From Octopus vulgaris (Eukaryota), in contig OX597814.1 of NCBI GenBank assembly GCA_951406725.2, positions 113,026,001 to 113,090,000 of the forward strand: 64,000 bases of DNA, in the 5' to 3' direction. The notes under the pieces are model-generated. The model was given only the letters and a program-made list of their open reading frames with translations, made no database searches and was not told the DNA's origin. Shown one piece after another: positions 25,005 to 38,514 of this stretch (the stretch's first letter is position 1; the number at the start of each line of letters is the position of its first letter). A program made the translations under genes and the position numbers.

Positions 25005-25112
25005 TGAAATATATAAGGAATAATTTATATGGTACAAGACCAATTGTTTTAGGAATATTCTGAAAACCCATTTATTTATTTATCTTAATATTGTGTTTTA
25101 TTTTCTGTACAG

Positions 25113-25370
25113 GTCTTGTCGTGTATTCAGTGTTGCAAAACAATGCCTCGTCCATGATATATACAAGATGAATTCACTGTCACAGTCCAATGATTCGGAT
25201 GCTAAATGTAAATCCAGTCGCATATTTCACGATGACACAATGAGGTCATTTTTCAGACGGTTGACCTTCAGTCCTGATGGGGAATTGTTAATCATGCCAG
25301 CTGGTTGTGTGGAACTGGAGACCAAAGTTATCAATGCTACATTTATTTGTTCCCGATATAAACTCAACAA
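25113..25370 (+). CDS. CHAF1B: CHAF1B coding exon 7 (SCRVFSVAK...RIFHDDTMRSFFRRLTFSPDGELLIMPAGCVE...KLNK)
   Basis: FHDDxMxSFFRRLxFxPDG is the p60/Cac2 signature. tacag| and AA|gtatgt; 258 nt, phase 2 to 2. Confidence 0.96.
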
Positions 25371-26425
25371 GTATGTTATTCAGTTATTCATTTCTCTCTC
25401 TTTCTTTCTCCTTCCTTTCTCTCCCCTTCACTTCCCTCTGGTTCCTTGTCCTACCAAGGTTGCCAAGTCTTTCCTCTAGTAAGACAGCTATCCCTGACCC
25501 TCTTATTTCTTTATTGCCCACAATGGGCTAAACATAGAGGGGACAAACAAGTACAAACAAAGGGATTAAGTTGATTACGTTGACCCCAGTGCGTAACTGG
25601 TACTTAATTTTTCGACCCCGGCATGCTAACATTTCTGCCATCTCGCCGCCTTAGGAACAATTATTATTATTTCTTTATTACCCAAAAGGGGCTAAACATA
25701 GAGGGGACAAACAAGGACAGACAAAGGGATTAAGTCGATTACATCGACCCCAGTGCGTAACTGATACTTAATTTATCAACCCCGGAAGGAAGAAAGGCAA
25801 AGACGACCTCGGCGGAATTTGAACTCAGAACGTAACAGCAGATGAAATACCGCAAAGTATTTTGCCCGGCGTGCTAATGTTTCTGCCAACTCACCGCCTT
25901 TATCCCCGACCCTCTATCACACCCCAACCTCTTGCCTGGCACATGGCCTCTTATCTCAGTTCCTCTCCTTCTCCCAGCTGAGATGTCCTTGGTGACCCTG
26001 TGAGTGCTGGTATCATGTAAAAAGTACTTGTGTTAGCACCACGTAAGCATCCGTGCCTGTGTTGCATAAAAAAAAAGCATCCATAGTGCGGGAATGGCTG
26101 TGTGGTAAGAAGCTTGCTTACCAACCACATGGTTCCAGGTTCAGTTTTACTGCGTGGCACCTTGGACAAGTGTCTTCTACTACAGCTTCGGGCTGACCAA
26201 AGCCTTGTGAGTGGATTTGCTTGATGGAAACTGAAAGAAGCCCATCATAGTGCGTAAAAAGCACTCACTACACTCTCAGAGTGGTTGGTGTTGGGAAGAG
26301 CATCCAGGTGTAGAAACTTTGCCAGATCAGATTGGAGCCTGGTGCAGCCTTCTGGTTTGCCAGCCCTCAGTCAAACCGTCCAACCCATGCCAGCATGGAA
26401 AGCTGACATTCAATGACGACAATGA

Positions 26426-26464
<39 letters not shown>

Positions 26465-27090
26465 TATATACATATACATACACAGACACATATACACACA
26501 TGTATGTATGTGTCTGTTTGTCTGTTTGTCTCCCCAACATCGCTTGGCAACCAATGCTGGTGTGTTTACATCCCCATAACTTAGCGGTTCACCAAAAAGA
26601 GACCGATAGAATAAGTACTAGGCTTACAAAGAATAAATCCAGGGGTCAATTTGCTCGACTGAAGGCGGTGCTCCAGCATAGCCACAGTCAAATGACTGAA
26701 ACAAGTAAAAGAATAAAAAACACACATGCTGGTGCCACATAAGAAACACCCAGTTCACTCTGTAAACTGGTTGGTGTTAAGAAGGTGATCCAGTTGTAGA
26801 AAGCACGCCAAAACAGATGCCTAGTGCCTGGAGCAGCTCTCTGGCTTGCCAGCTTCTATCAAGCCGTCCAGCTCATGGCCAGCATGAAAAATGTATGTTA
26901 CATGATGATGATGATGATGCTTTTCTTCATCTCTACTCGTGTTTTACTCACTGCATTCCTCTTCCGTTCGTTTCACACTTCCCTTTTGCACTCATGAGCT
27001 TACCCACCCACTTACCTTATACAATCCTTAGTACTACTCCTCTTACCGTCACTTCCCTGTAACTTAAGGGTATGCTCTCACACATCCTCA

Positions 27091-27125
<35 letters not shown>

Positions 27126-27480
27126 GTTGGTGTAGCCACATATCTTCTCTGTGGCGAGACACCTGTTTCTGTCCCTCTCTCACACTTTACCTTCATCACC
27201 TGACAAAAAGTCTTCATTATAACTCTCCCCTCACATAAGGGGTCTTGTCTTGGAAGGTACTACATGACCTTCCTGGTACTGATACCACAAAAAAAGCCCC
27301 CACTACACTTTGTAAAGTGGTTGGTGTTAGGAAGGACAACCTGCCATAGAATCCTTTCCAAAACAGAGGCGCTGGAGTGGCTGTGTGGTAAGTAGCTTGC
27401 CTATCAACCACATGGTTCCAGGTTCAGTCCCACTGTGTGGCACCTTGGGCAAGGGTCTTCTACTATAACTTCGGACTGAC

Positions 27481-27652
27481 ATCAAAAAATACCTTAGGAA
27501 TGAAAACCCAGGTTCGAAATTTCCTCAAGACACCTGAAGATAGCTGGAGGGTGTATCAGCCAAAACGTTGTGTTAACAACAATCGAGATGAGGACAAATA
27601 TCCGTCAAGTGTAAATAATGTACATAATTCCTCATCTCTTAAATATAGAACT
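27481..27652 (+). mobile_element. Penelope-like terminal-repeat 3' fragment
   Basis: GACACCTGAAGATAGCTGG...TCAGCCAAAACGTTGTGTT...CTTAAATATAGAACT. Confidence 0.8.
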
Positions 27653-27714
27653 GTTCTTTCTTGATATTTCTAATCTGTTGAATTCTTCAAATTTTTTCCT
27701 TAATTTCAACCCAG

Positions 27715-27821
27715 GCCAGCTGTATATCTTCCAACAGGATCCAAAGTTACTATTGCTGTTAGATGTTCACCTATCTACTACAAATTAAGAAAAATACCAC
27801 ATCAAGATTTAGGAACAACAG
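27715..27821 (+). CDS. CHAF1B: CHAF1B coding exon 8 (PAVYLPTGSKVTIAVRCSPIYYKLRKIPHQDLGTT)
   Basis: Pxx xLP...TxAVRCxPxYxxLR motif. cccag| and G|gtaagg; 107 nt, phase 2 to 1. Confidence 0.94.
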
Positions 27822-29651
27822 GTAAGGGAGGTTATTGGTTTGCTTTCTCTTGAACTTCTCAATTGTTAATTTCGTTTGGTTATTCCACTTTATCCCCATC
27901 TCTATCCTTCTGCCCCTCCTTTCACATTCCTGTAAACTTACTCATCCATTCCACTTCCCATTTTCACAGTGTGACAAATTTTTTACACCATAGGAATGTA
28001 TTGTTATCATTTTCATACAATATATATATCCTGTGGTGCTAAGTATTTGTCAGTATGTGATCCACTGAATTATGTAGGAAAATTGCCTTGGTGTAAACAG
28101 CTTTGGTTTATCAACACTCATTTGTTTAGTTCATTTTAGTCATCACACAAAAAAAATCTGCATATATATACATACATATATAGCGAGCGTGATCGTTGAC
28201 AGAGTGGCTAACCGGCTTCTGTGCCAGTGGCACATAAAAGGCACCATTTGAGTGTGATCGTTGCCAGCGTCGCCTTACTTGCATTTGCGTCCGTGTTAGT
28301 GGGGTGCCAAGAGCACCATCCGAGCGTGATCGTCGCCAGAGTAGCCAACTAGCTTCCATTCAGGTGGCACGTAAAAGGGCACCATTTGAGCATGATCATT
28401 ACCAACATCGCCTTACTGGCACCTGTGCTGGTGGCATGTGTAAGAAGATTCGAGTGAGGTCATAGCCAGTACCGACTGACTGGCCCCCATGCCGGTGGCA
28501 CGTAAAAAGCACCCGCTACAATCTCAGAATGGTTTGCTTTAGGAAGGGCATCCAGCTGTAGAAACTCTGCCAGATCAAGATTGGAGCCTGGTGTAGCCAC
28601 CTGGTTCACCAGCCCTCGGTTAAAATCGTCCAACCCATGCTAGCATGGAAAGCGGACGTTAAACGATGATGATGATGATATAGAGCATATATGCAATAAA
28701 ATTCTAATAAAAACACCATCTGATGGATTTTGGATTGAAATTTTATTCAGTTTTATTGTTGCGGCTGTAGATAAAAAATTGACCTAGACGAATGAGAACG
28801 GTCTCAGCCATTTGAGACGTACAATTATTTCACGCCATCCTGTTTATGTGAAAGAACTATGAGGATACAAAGTATCCCCAAAACGTAGATATTTACACAA
28901 TGCCCCAGAATCTACGGAATTCTGACATGAAACATCGCCTAAATATGATAAAAATTAATTACTTCCCTTTGGAAGGTAGCCTTAAGACTCCAAGTTATCT
29001 CCCTTGGAGCGATAAGTTTGCTATTTTTTTAAACTTTTGAAGCTAAGTTAATTAGACATTTGGGTTTCATTCTTTCAGTAGTTGATAAAACAAAGTACCA
29101 GTCAAATGCTGGGATTGATGATACTGATATAACCCTTCCCCTCAAAACTGCTTGCGTTATGCTTAAATTAGACATTAGAATTAATTCTTACAGTTTCTGG
29201 AAATATTATATGTTAGAGGCAATTCTTCCATCTTTATGTACATCATCATGATGACCGTTTAACTTCCACTTTCCATGCTGGCATGGGTGGGATGGTTTCA
29301 CAAGAGCCGGTCAGTCAGAAGCCTGCACCAGACTTTTGTGATTGTTTTGGCATGGTTTTTATAGCTGGGTGCCCTTCCTAACATCAACCACTCCAAGATT
29401 GTAGTGGGTGCTTTTTACGTGCCACCGGCACAAGAACCATTTAGGTGGGTCTGGCACCGATCATGTTTGGAGGGTGCTTTTTACGTGCCACCAACACAGG
29501 AGCCAATCAGGGGACACTGGCCACAGCTATGATATTGGTTTTACTTGACTCAACATACATCTCATTATCTTAAATTATTTTAGAGGTACATGTTTTTTAA
29601 TAAGCTTTAGATTCTAAACTCTGCGACTTAACCATTTTCTCTTTCCTTCAG

Positions 29652-29703
29652 TTATAGAAGAATGTAATCTTAAAGAATGGGAAAAATACCAAACTACATT
29701 CTG
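29652..29703 (+). CDS. CHAF1B: CHAF1B coding exon 9, 52 nt (VIEECNLKEWEKYQTTFC)
   Basis: Strong pyrimidine tract with ttcag| and TG|gtaagt. Open frame. Its phase 1 to 2 is exactly what is needed to join exon 8 to exon 10 in frame. Confidence 0.85.
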
Positions 29704-30859
29704 GTAAGTTCATTTTTTTGTTTTCTTCATATTTCTTCATATACTTTTGCCATGATGCAATGATTGTTTGTGTTTTTCGACAACCATTTCCTAAAGTGAG
29801 AAATGTTCTCCATGCCAAATTAGCAATGGGCCATTCTAAGTGGTTGTTTATTTTTAGCATTGGTTTTGCATGTCCCCTAGAATATACGTATGCACTTAGA
29901 TGTATATAAACATGTGTATGTATATGTAAATGGGTGAGCCAGAAAGTGATGCAATATTTTAATTTCATTCCATTTTGACACAGCATTGTGTGTGTGTTAT
30001 CATCATCATCATTTAACATCTGCTCTCCATTCTGGCATGGGTTAGATGGTTTAACTGGAGCTGACGAGCCAGAGAGCTGCACCAAGTTCCAGTCTCATTT
30101 TGGCATGGTTTCTACAGCTGGATGCCCTTCCTAACATCAACCACTCCAGGAGTGTAATGGGTGCCTTTATGTCTCACTGGTGCAGGTGTCATTTATGCAA
30201 CACTGGCAACAACCATGGCTACGATTTACGGGTGGGTGCCATTTACATAGCTCAGGCAATGGCCACATCTACAATGCACAAGTGCCATTTAAATGGTACA
30301 AGCAGTGACCACAACTATATACATATAATAATTCTGATGCACACACTACAACCTATCTCTATTCTATCTCCCTCTCTTGTTCTTCTCTGTTTTTCTCTCC
30401 CACCCTTTCTCTAATTCCTTTCCTCTCCCCTTCACTGTTCCCTCTCCCTCCCTCACTCTTCCTCATTGACTCTCTTCTTGCTCACGTGATCAGCGGCTAT
30501 CTATCTTTCTTCTACTTCCTTCCTAAAGACTAGGCGTGCTTTTGCCTGTCTCTTCTCAAAGCTTGTTTCTCCAGCGTTCACCACTTCACCTCGTTATGGC
30601 TTAACAGCCCTCACCATTTGTTTTTACTGTTTTGTTTACATTGTCCTGTTTTTGTCTCCACTTTTAACCCTCCACAAATCCCAAATTTTTTAAAGTTTAC
30701 TTTGCAGCAACGACTGTTTTAACAAAGTCGTGTCTTGTCCCTACATTTGAAACAGGGAGTAGATAAAATGGGACAACTGATGAAGGGAATGTTGCCTGTC
30801 TCGTTTTCCATGTTTTTGTTTCTCATTTTGTTCAGTTTTTTTTGATGTCCTGTACCCAT

Positions 30860-31202
30860 ATATGCATGCATGTATACATATATATGTAGGTATGTACATA
30901 TATGTATGTATATATATTATTTATTATATATATGTATATATATTATTTATTATATATATGTATATATATATATATTATTTAATATATATATGTATATATA
31001 TGTATATATATATTATTTATTATATATATGTATATATATTATTTATTATATATATGTATATATATATGTATATATATTATTTATTATATATGTATATATA
31101 TATATATATATATATTATTTATTATATATATGTATATATATATATTATTTATTATATATATGTATATATATATATTATTTTTTATATATATGTATATATA
31201 TA
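30860..31202. repeat. AT-only compound micro/minisatellite
   Basis: TATTATTTATTATATATATGTATATATA-type units. Confidence 0.9.
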
Positions 31203-33596
31203 CTAGCTGAAGGTGACCCGCTCTACACGCAGGTAAGAGTGTGGTTGTTACTTTCTGTTGCTTCCTTTCAGCACGTAAAAAGCACCATCCGAACGTGGCT
31301 GATTGCAGCGCCGCCTTGACTGGCTTCTGTGCTGGTGGCACGTAAAAAGCACCAACTGATCGTGGCCGCTGCCAGCCCCCCTGGCACCTGTGCTGGCGGC
31401 ACGAAAAAAGCACCCAATACGTTTACAGAGTGGTTGGCGTTAGGAAGGGCATCCACCTGTAGAAACACTGCCAGACCAGACTGGAGCCTGGTGCTGCCTC
31501 CTGGCTTCCCAGACCCCGGTCAAACTGTCCAACCCGTGCTAGCACGGAAAATGAACATTAAACGATGATGATGATTCTCCCTCTTTGTTTCTCTCTCCTT
31601 TCTCTCACTTTCCCACTCTCTTACTCTTCCTTTCTCTCGGACTCTCCCTTGCTTTCTCTTACTCTCTATCTTTATCTATCTCTCTCCCATTTATAAACAA
31701 CAAAAGATCTTGAGTAAGTTGAGAAATAAAATATTTAGAAAGATCAATCATAAATATCAGCCAGTAACAACGGAAAGGTCTGCTTCAAGGCAGACAGCAA
31801 AGCACTAACATTTAAAAGGGACAGACGAACTTGCGAGCTGAATAAAAATAATAAAATATTGGAAACCAAAGTTTGAAGGGATAGAATTTGAGGATAGTAG
31901 AGTCACCATGGCTGGCATTTCTTAACGACGGACAGCAACGTATTGACAGCTTAACGGCTGGCATAAAATTTTGAACTTGATGTAAAAGAAAATTCCTAAA
32001 CACCGAGTTTTGAAGTAATTCTTTCTCACGACAGTAGAATCACGATGGCAAGCATTCAAAACTTCTTCATCATGGACGGCAACACATTGACGATTAAAAG
32101 GCTGGCGCAAATTCTTTAGCTTGATGTAACAGAGAATTGCTAAACACCCGCTCCTTTAAATTTTAATCCCCTTCCAGCCCCATTTAGACCCCTTTTCACA
32201 TTTTGGTTAATATAACCTGATTTCATTCGGGTCTACTGGGGCCACATTTTATAAGATGAGAAATTTTGTCCTAGAGGTCACTCCTTTCATTTGAGGAAAA
32301 AAAAATAGTTGTCATGCAAACTTGCCAGCACTTTTAACATAGGTGTGCATATTTTAAGCTCAACCGACCACATAATGCACACATTATATATATATATATC
32401 TGTATATATGTGTGTGTGTGTTAGAGTCTCTCTCATACATGAGCGTTGACGCTGAATTTGACTGGTAAGCAGGTAACCTTGTCTTTGTTGAAATAGTTGT
32501 GAGCTGCTGGAGTTATTTCTCTGACGAGTAATAGGAATTTCCATATCCTCCGAGGAAACGAACTGTTGACCCAAACAATTAGAATTAATTTTAATAAAAG
32601 CATCAATTTAAGAAAAAATAATAAAGTAGTAAAAAATGAAAATTTAGCACGAAAAATTTGCAGGGTTCTAAATAAATGTTAAAATGTAATAGATACGAAA
32701 AACCTATGTTATCACCAGAACACAAACCCCCGTGCCAGTGGCATGTAAAAAGCACCCACTACACTCTTGGAGTGGTTGGCGTTAAGAAGAGCGTCCAGCT
32801 GTAGAAACTCTGCCAAATCAAGATTGGAGCCTTGTGCAGCCATCTGGTTTGCCAGCTCTCAGTCAAAATCGTCCAACCCATACTAGCATGGAAAGCGGAC
32901 GTTAAACAATGATGATGATGATATATATATATATATATATATATATGAATGCTCTTAAGGAACATTTGGCTGCTATTTCTAGCCAGTGGCGTGCTTATTT
33001 ACCAATTGTCCCCTCTGGCTGAAGTTTGATTGTCCCACTAAAACATCTGCACTGAGCTGTCATCTATATCTTCTCTGGTGATGACAACATCATTATTATT
33101 ATTGTTAATATTATTATAAGCTGGGTGGACACTTATCAGTATTTTAGTTTTATTTAAGTGACATGAGGGTGCTAGAAGGTGGGGTGAGAGGGTCCCCCCC
33201 CAACTTGAGGAACAGGGAGCTATGCCTCTGCATCAATACATACATATATATACATACATGCATACAAATGCGTATACATACATACGGAGACACACAGACA
33301 CACACTGATATTTATAGACTTATATACACTTTGGATAAAAATGATGTAATAGGAAGAATTATTTTGGCATTTCCATTAGCAGACACTAATGAGTATTATA
33401 TTTATTAGTGTGGCTTTTGACCCCTTTACTGTTATCTTAGCTGTGGAGATCCCACTTTCGCCTCCTGCCATTTTTCCTATCATTACCCTAGTTTAGTGTT
33501 GCTGTCAGGTTCAATCCCACTGCAATGCATCTTGTGTTAGGGTCTTCTGCTTATAGCTAGTGGATTTGGTAGATGGAAACTGAAAGAAGCTTCTAC

Positions 33597-33763
33597 AGTT
33601 ATATATTTGAGAGATGAGGAATTATGTACGTTATTTACATTTGACGGATATTTGTCCTCATCTTGTTTGTTGTTAATACGTTTCGGCTGATATACCCTCC
33701 AGCCTTCTTCAAGTGTCTTGGGGAAATTTCAAACCTGGGTTCTATTTCCTAAGGTATTTTTCA

Positions 33764-33765
<2 letters not shown>
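33597..33765 (-). mobile_element. Penelope-like terminal-repeat 3' fragment
   Basis: Reverse complement of the same unit, followed by its (AAT)n tract. Confidence 0.8.
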
Positions 33766-33813
<48 letters not shown>

Positions 33814-34079
33814 GGATTTAGGAGACAGAAACTGAAAGAAGCCTGTCGTATATATGTATATATATATATACAAAATAAGGAAATGGAGAAATACATCTTA
33901 ATCAATAATCAACTACCAGATAATACCCAATCACATAATTTATTAAACCACTACATATGAACATTAAGGTCAAACATAATAATATAGAACAAAACAATGT
34001 ACATCAATGAGTAATAAGATACAATAAGTACAGTATGTATAAGTGACTATAAATAAATACAAATATAAATATAAACTAC

Positions 34080-34206
34080 ATCTTACTGCTGTTTCAGCCA
34101 TGCAGATATGGGTGCCTCATTATGCTCATATTAGCCATGTGTGATAGGTTAATATGTAGTTATAAATGAGACACTTACAGAAATATCCCAAGGCCTCTTC
34201 AGAGAT
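34080..34206 (-). ncRNA. Type I hammerhead ribozyme motif with ~90-nt loop on stem II
   Basis: Minus strand: ATCT-CTGAAGA-GGCC-(92 nt)-GGCT-GAAAC-AGCA-GTA-AGAT. Confidence 0.6.
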
Positions 34207-35315
34207 TATGAAGAACAAACTAAATTAGATATGAAAATCAGAGGAGGTACACCCATACAAGAGTGGGTATATACCCATAATATATAATATACACATACAT
34301 ATGAGTGTATATACCCATACTCCTATACATATATATATATACACATATATAATAATAATACACAGCAATATATATATACATATGTTCTATATTCAAGGTT
34401 ACAGTTGGTCAAAACAATATATTAGAATATTACAATATAGAAACATATACATATCTATATTCAAATGCAGACATACAAAGTCAAGAGTTCATTATATTAA
34501 GTTACAAAATGCCATTAATATTACCATTGCCACTATTGCTCAATTTGTATATCATCATCATCATCATCATCATTTAGCGTCCGTTTTCCATGCTAGCATG
34601 GGTTGGACGGTTTAACTGGGGTCTGTGAAGCCGGAAGGCTTCATCAGGCCCAGTCAGATTTGGCAGTGTTTCTATGGCTGGATGCCCTTCCTAACGCCAA
34701 CCACTTGACAACTGATGCTGGTGTGTTTACGTCCCCGTAACTTAGTGGTTCGGCAAAAGAGACCGATAGAATAAGTACTAGGCTTACAAAGAATAAGTCC
34801 TAGGGTCGATTTGGTCGACTAAAGGTAGTGCTCTAGCATGGCTGCAGTCAAATGATTGAAACAAGTAACAGAGTAAAAGAGAGAGAGAGAGTAAAGAAGA
34901 TCAAAAGCAGTGGTGGCTGAATGTGTTTTGTGAACTGAAAGAACAGTTGGAAGTTGATCTTGATCCCTGTGACTTTTTTTTTTGTTACCCCGAATGAAGA
35001 AAGTCCTGAAAGGAAAATGTTTTGCCGATGTGGAAGAGGAGAAGAAAAAAAACCGATGGAGGTGTTAAAAGGCAAGGGTTCCGGGACTGGTTTGAACAAT
35101 GGAAAATGTGTTTGGTCTGATGTGTTGCTTCAAATGGATAAAACTTTGAAGGCGATAATAGTGTAAACATGCAAAACTAAATGAGAAAAAATAACATTGC
35201 AAAATTCTGGTTTCCTTGGGGTACCCCTTTGTATAGCTCTACTTACAGTTCCTAAAGTACCAATTATTGTAGGCACAACCTTTATACTTTGCGTATTCCA
35301 AATTCTGGCAAGTAC

Positions 35316-35760
35316 ATGTTAGACGTATGGAAGACGGCAGAATCCCCACGGAGAGCTTGCTAGGGGCACTAGGTCTGTAGGAAGACCGTTCTTATGATAC
35401 AAGGCTGTTTGCAAAAGGGACATAAAGGCCTGCGACATCAATATTAGCAACTGGGAAGCAGTTGCCAGCAACCATGGAGCTTGGCGACGTACTGTAATAG
35501 AGGGAACACAAAAGAGTGCCAGACGGAGAGAGGAGAAATGGAAAAACAAGAAAAGACGTCAACAAGAAACTATGACATTACAACCAGCCAGGCAAAGTCT
35601 TCGCTACATTTGCGGCACCTGACAGAGGGAGTGTTTGTCCAGGATAGGACTACACAGCCACAGCAGGAGATGTATTAGGACATGAAATGTAAAAACTGGA
35701 CTAGATTATTTTATGTGCAACTCCATTGTCTCCCAAGACAAAAAGGATGCCAACAACAAT
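35316..35760 (+). mobile_element. RTE-BovB-like LINE 3' fragment
   Basis: HVRRMEDGRIP..ELARGTRSVGRP..YKAVCKRDIK..WEAVA..WRR, C-terminal C..SRIGLHSHSRRC, (CAA)n tail. Confidence 0.8.
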
Positions 35761-36136
35761 TATTATTATTATTATTGGAGAGTGTCATAGTTTGCTTGAA
35801 GCATTGTGTATTGTTTGTAAAGATAACATGTTTTGAATGGTACAACAATGCACTGTAATACAAACAGTGGGCTATACACCTGTTGTAATTTTGTCATCCA
35901 TAGTGTGATAATCGATTTTCCAACGGCTTGTTGGAAAACCGATTATAGCAACGACTCCATCAATTCCTTGGGGTATCTGAAGAAGGAATTTTATTCCGAA
36001 ATATCATCAGACTATGGATGGTTAAATTACAACAGGTATATAACCCATTGTTTGTATTATAGTACATTGTTGTACCATTCAAAACATTTTATTCATTATT
36101 ATTATTATTATTGTTATTATTTCTTCTTCTTTTCAG

Positions 36137-36262
36137 CCTCCCTTACCGTATGGTGTTTGCTGTGGCCACAGAAGACTCAGTTTTGATATATGACACCCAA
36201 CAGTCTTCTCCATTTGCTTTGGTCAAAAACATCCATTATCACCAACTCAGTGACTTGACTTG
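36137..36262 (+). CDS. CHAF1B: CHAF1B coding exon 10 ([42 protein letters not shown])
   Basis: LPYRxVFAVAxEDSVxxYDTQQ...NIHYHxLSD motif. tttcag| and TG|gtaatt; 126 nt, phase 2 to 2. Confidence 0.96.
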
Positions 36263-37608
36263 GTAATTATTTAAATCAACTTTTAATTAATCTATTTTCA
36301 CTTTTTTAATTAATTTTCACCTTCTTTGAATAGATGAGATTGTTGTTAGTTTAGCCCCAGGTTGGCTCTGAACGAGCAGCTTCATCATCATCATTTCACA
36401 TCTGCTTTCCACGCTGGCATGGGTTGGACGGTTTGACAGGGGCTGACTAGGCTCCCTGCCTGTTTTGGCATGGTTTCTATGGCCGGATGCCCTTCCTAAC
36501 ACCAACCCCTTTAAAGAGTGTGCTGGGTGCCTTTAAGCACTACTGGCACGAGTGCTTTTATGTGGAACCGGTATGGATGCTTTTATTTGGCACCAGCAAC
36601 CACGAGCCTGCAAGATTAGGAACACTCAGCCGAAGAGGGATGCAGGGGATAGGCCTGTATACAAGGACAACTATGATTTTCCTATTTTTTGTGTTCCAAC
36701 AGTGACCATCCCTTTCTAAAAGTATGTAAGACTACATTATCTTAGGTGTTCTTTGACTACTATTTCTAGCAGACAAACGACCATGTAGAGCAAGTGGTTC
36801 TCACACATTCTTTATCTATGTTCACCTTTAGTTAATATTTTATTCTGGTGCTTCCCCCCCCCCCCAGCTGTTTCATGTTTAAAAACTAGTTTTATTGGGG
36901 CTTTTCAAAATTTTCAGTCGTTAGGTGTGTTGCAGTCACCATCACTAGATTGTGATTTCAATCCCCAAACTGGCTGTGTATTGTGTTCTTGAGCAAGACA
37001 CTTCATTTAACGTTACTCCAGTCCACTCAACTGTAAGTAGGTTACCCCTATGACTGGATGGCTTTCCGATCAGGGAGCAATGTTGGCCTGCAACCCTAAC
37101 CAGCAGGGTGGCATCATTTGAACACAAAAAAAAACACAAAGATCATTGTGACCAGTGACATATGATAATATCTGACAGGTTGATCACATGATACACACAC
37201 ACACACACACACACAGCAGCTGCTTTCAGTTTCTGTCTGGCTTTGGTTGGCCTGAGGCTTATTGTAGGAAATACTTGCCCAAGGTGTCACACAGTGAGAT
37301 TGAACCCAGAACCATGTGGGTGGGAAACAAACTTCTTACCACACAGCTACTCTTACCACATATACACACATACACCCCTATGTATATATCTATAGATATA
37401 CTCTTTTACTCTTGTTTCAGTCATTTGACTGGCCATGCTGGAGCACCGCCTTTAGTCGAGCAAATCGACCCCAGGACTTATTCTTTGTAAGCCTAGTACT
37501 TATTCTATCGGTTTCTTTTGCCGAACCGCTAAGTTATGGGGATGTAAACATACCAGCATCGGTTGTCAAGTGATGTTGGGGGGGACAAACACAGACACAC
37601 GAACGTAT

Positions 37609-37641
<33 letters not shown>

Positions 37642-38156
37642 CATATATACGACGGGCTTCTTTCAGTTTTCACCTACCAAATCCACTCACAAGGCTTTGG
37701 TCGGCCCGAGCTATTGTAGAAGACACTTGCCCAAGGTGCCCCGCAGTGGGACTGAACCCAGAGCCATGTGGTTTGTAAGTAAGCTACTTACCACACAGCC
37801 ACTCCTACGCCTAGGAGTGGCTGTGTGGCTCTACGATATACAGATAGATAATAAAAAACAAAGTCAATACATTTATACACCACTTGATTTACAGTATGAG
37901 TAGTTAATTTATTACATCCTTATTTACATTATTCATGGTTGTACATGTCTACAATAACCCCCCACCCCCGCGCTCTGTTTATTTAACTATAAGGTTTCTA
38001 TTTCTCTATTTCACACACCTGAATTATTATTTTGACATATTGCCACCTGAATTCCTGTCTGTCTGTCTGTCTGTCTCATACGTGCACAGGTGTTGGAATA
38101 TTTTTTTCTGTGTATATATTTAGGTGTGTCCTGTTTGTTTTATTTAACCCTGCTAG

Positions 38157-38514
38157 GTCAAGTGATGGTAATATCCTGGTGGTGTCCTCAACAGATGGTT
38201 TCTGTTCAATTGTCACTTTTGAGAAAGGTGAGATTGGGGAGCCCTACATACCAGTGACTCATGTATGCTCATCTTCCTCCTCCTCACCTCTTGTCAACGG
38301 AAGGGACACCGCAGGGGACACTACAGAAGCGAAAGACCAACAAGACACCTCTCACAATACAACCCCTGTCACTCCAGCATCAACTGATTCCAGCTCACCC
38401 ATGGAGGTTGACGAAAAACAAACTGATGCCCTCCACAATGAAGATGCCTGTCATTTGAATAATGGATTCTCTTCGCCTAAATCTGTTCCCTCAACAGAAA
38501 AATTGAAAACCAAG
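38157..38514 (+). CDS. CHAF1B: CHAF1B coding exon 11 (SSDGNILVVSSTDGFCSIVTFEKGEIGEP... start of S/T/P-rich tail)
   Basis: WSSDG...SSTDGxCSxVTFE motif. gctag| and AAG|gtaaat; 358 nt, phase 2 to 0. Confidence 0.94.

Noticed and set aside
30770-30860. CTGATGAAGGG as a hammerhead start
   Set aside because: No downstream GAAA/NUH or pairing stems found.
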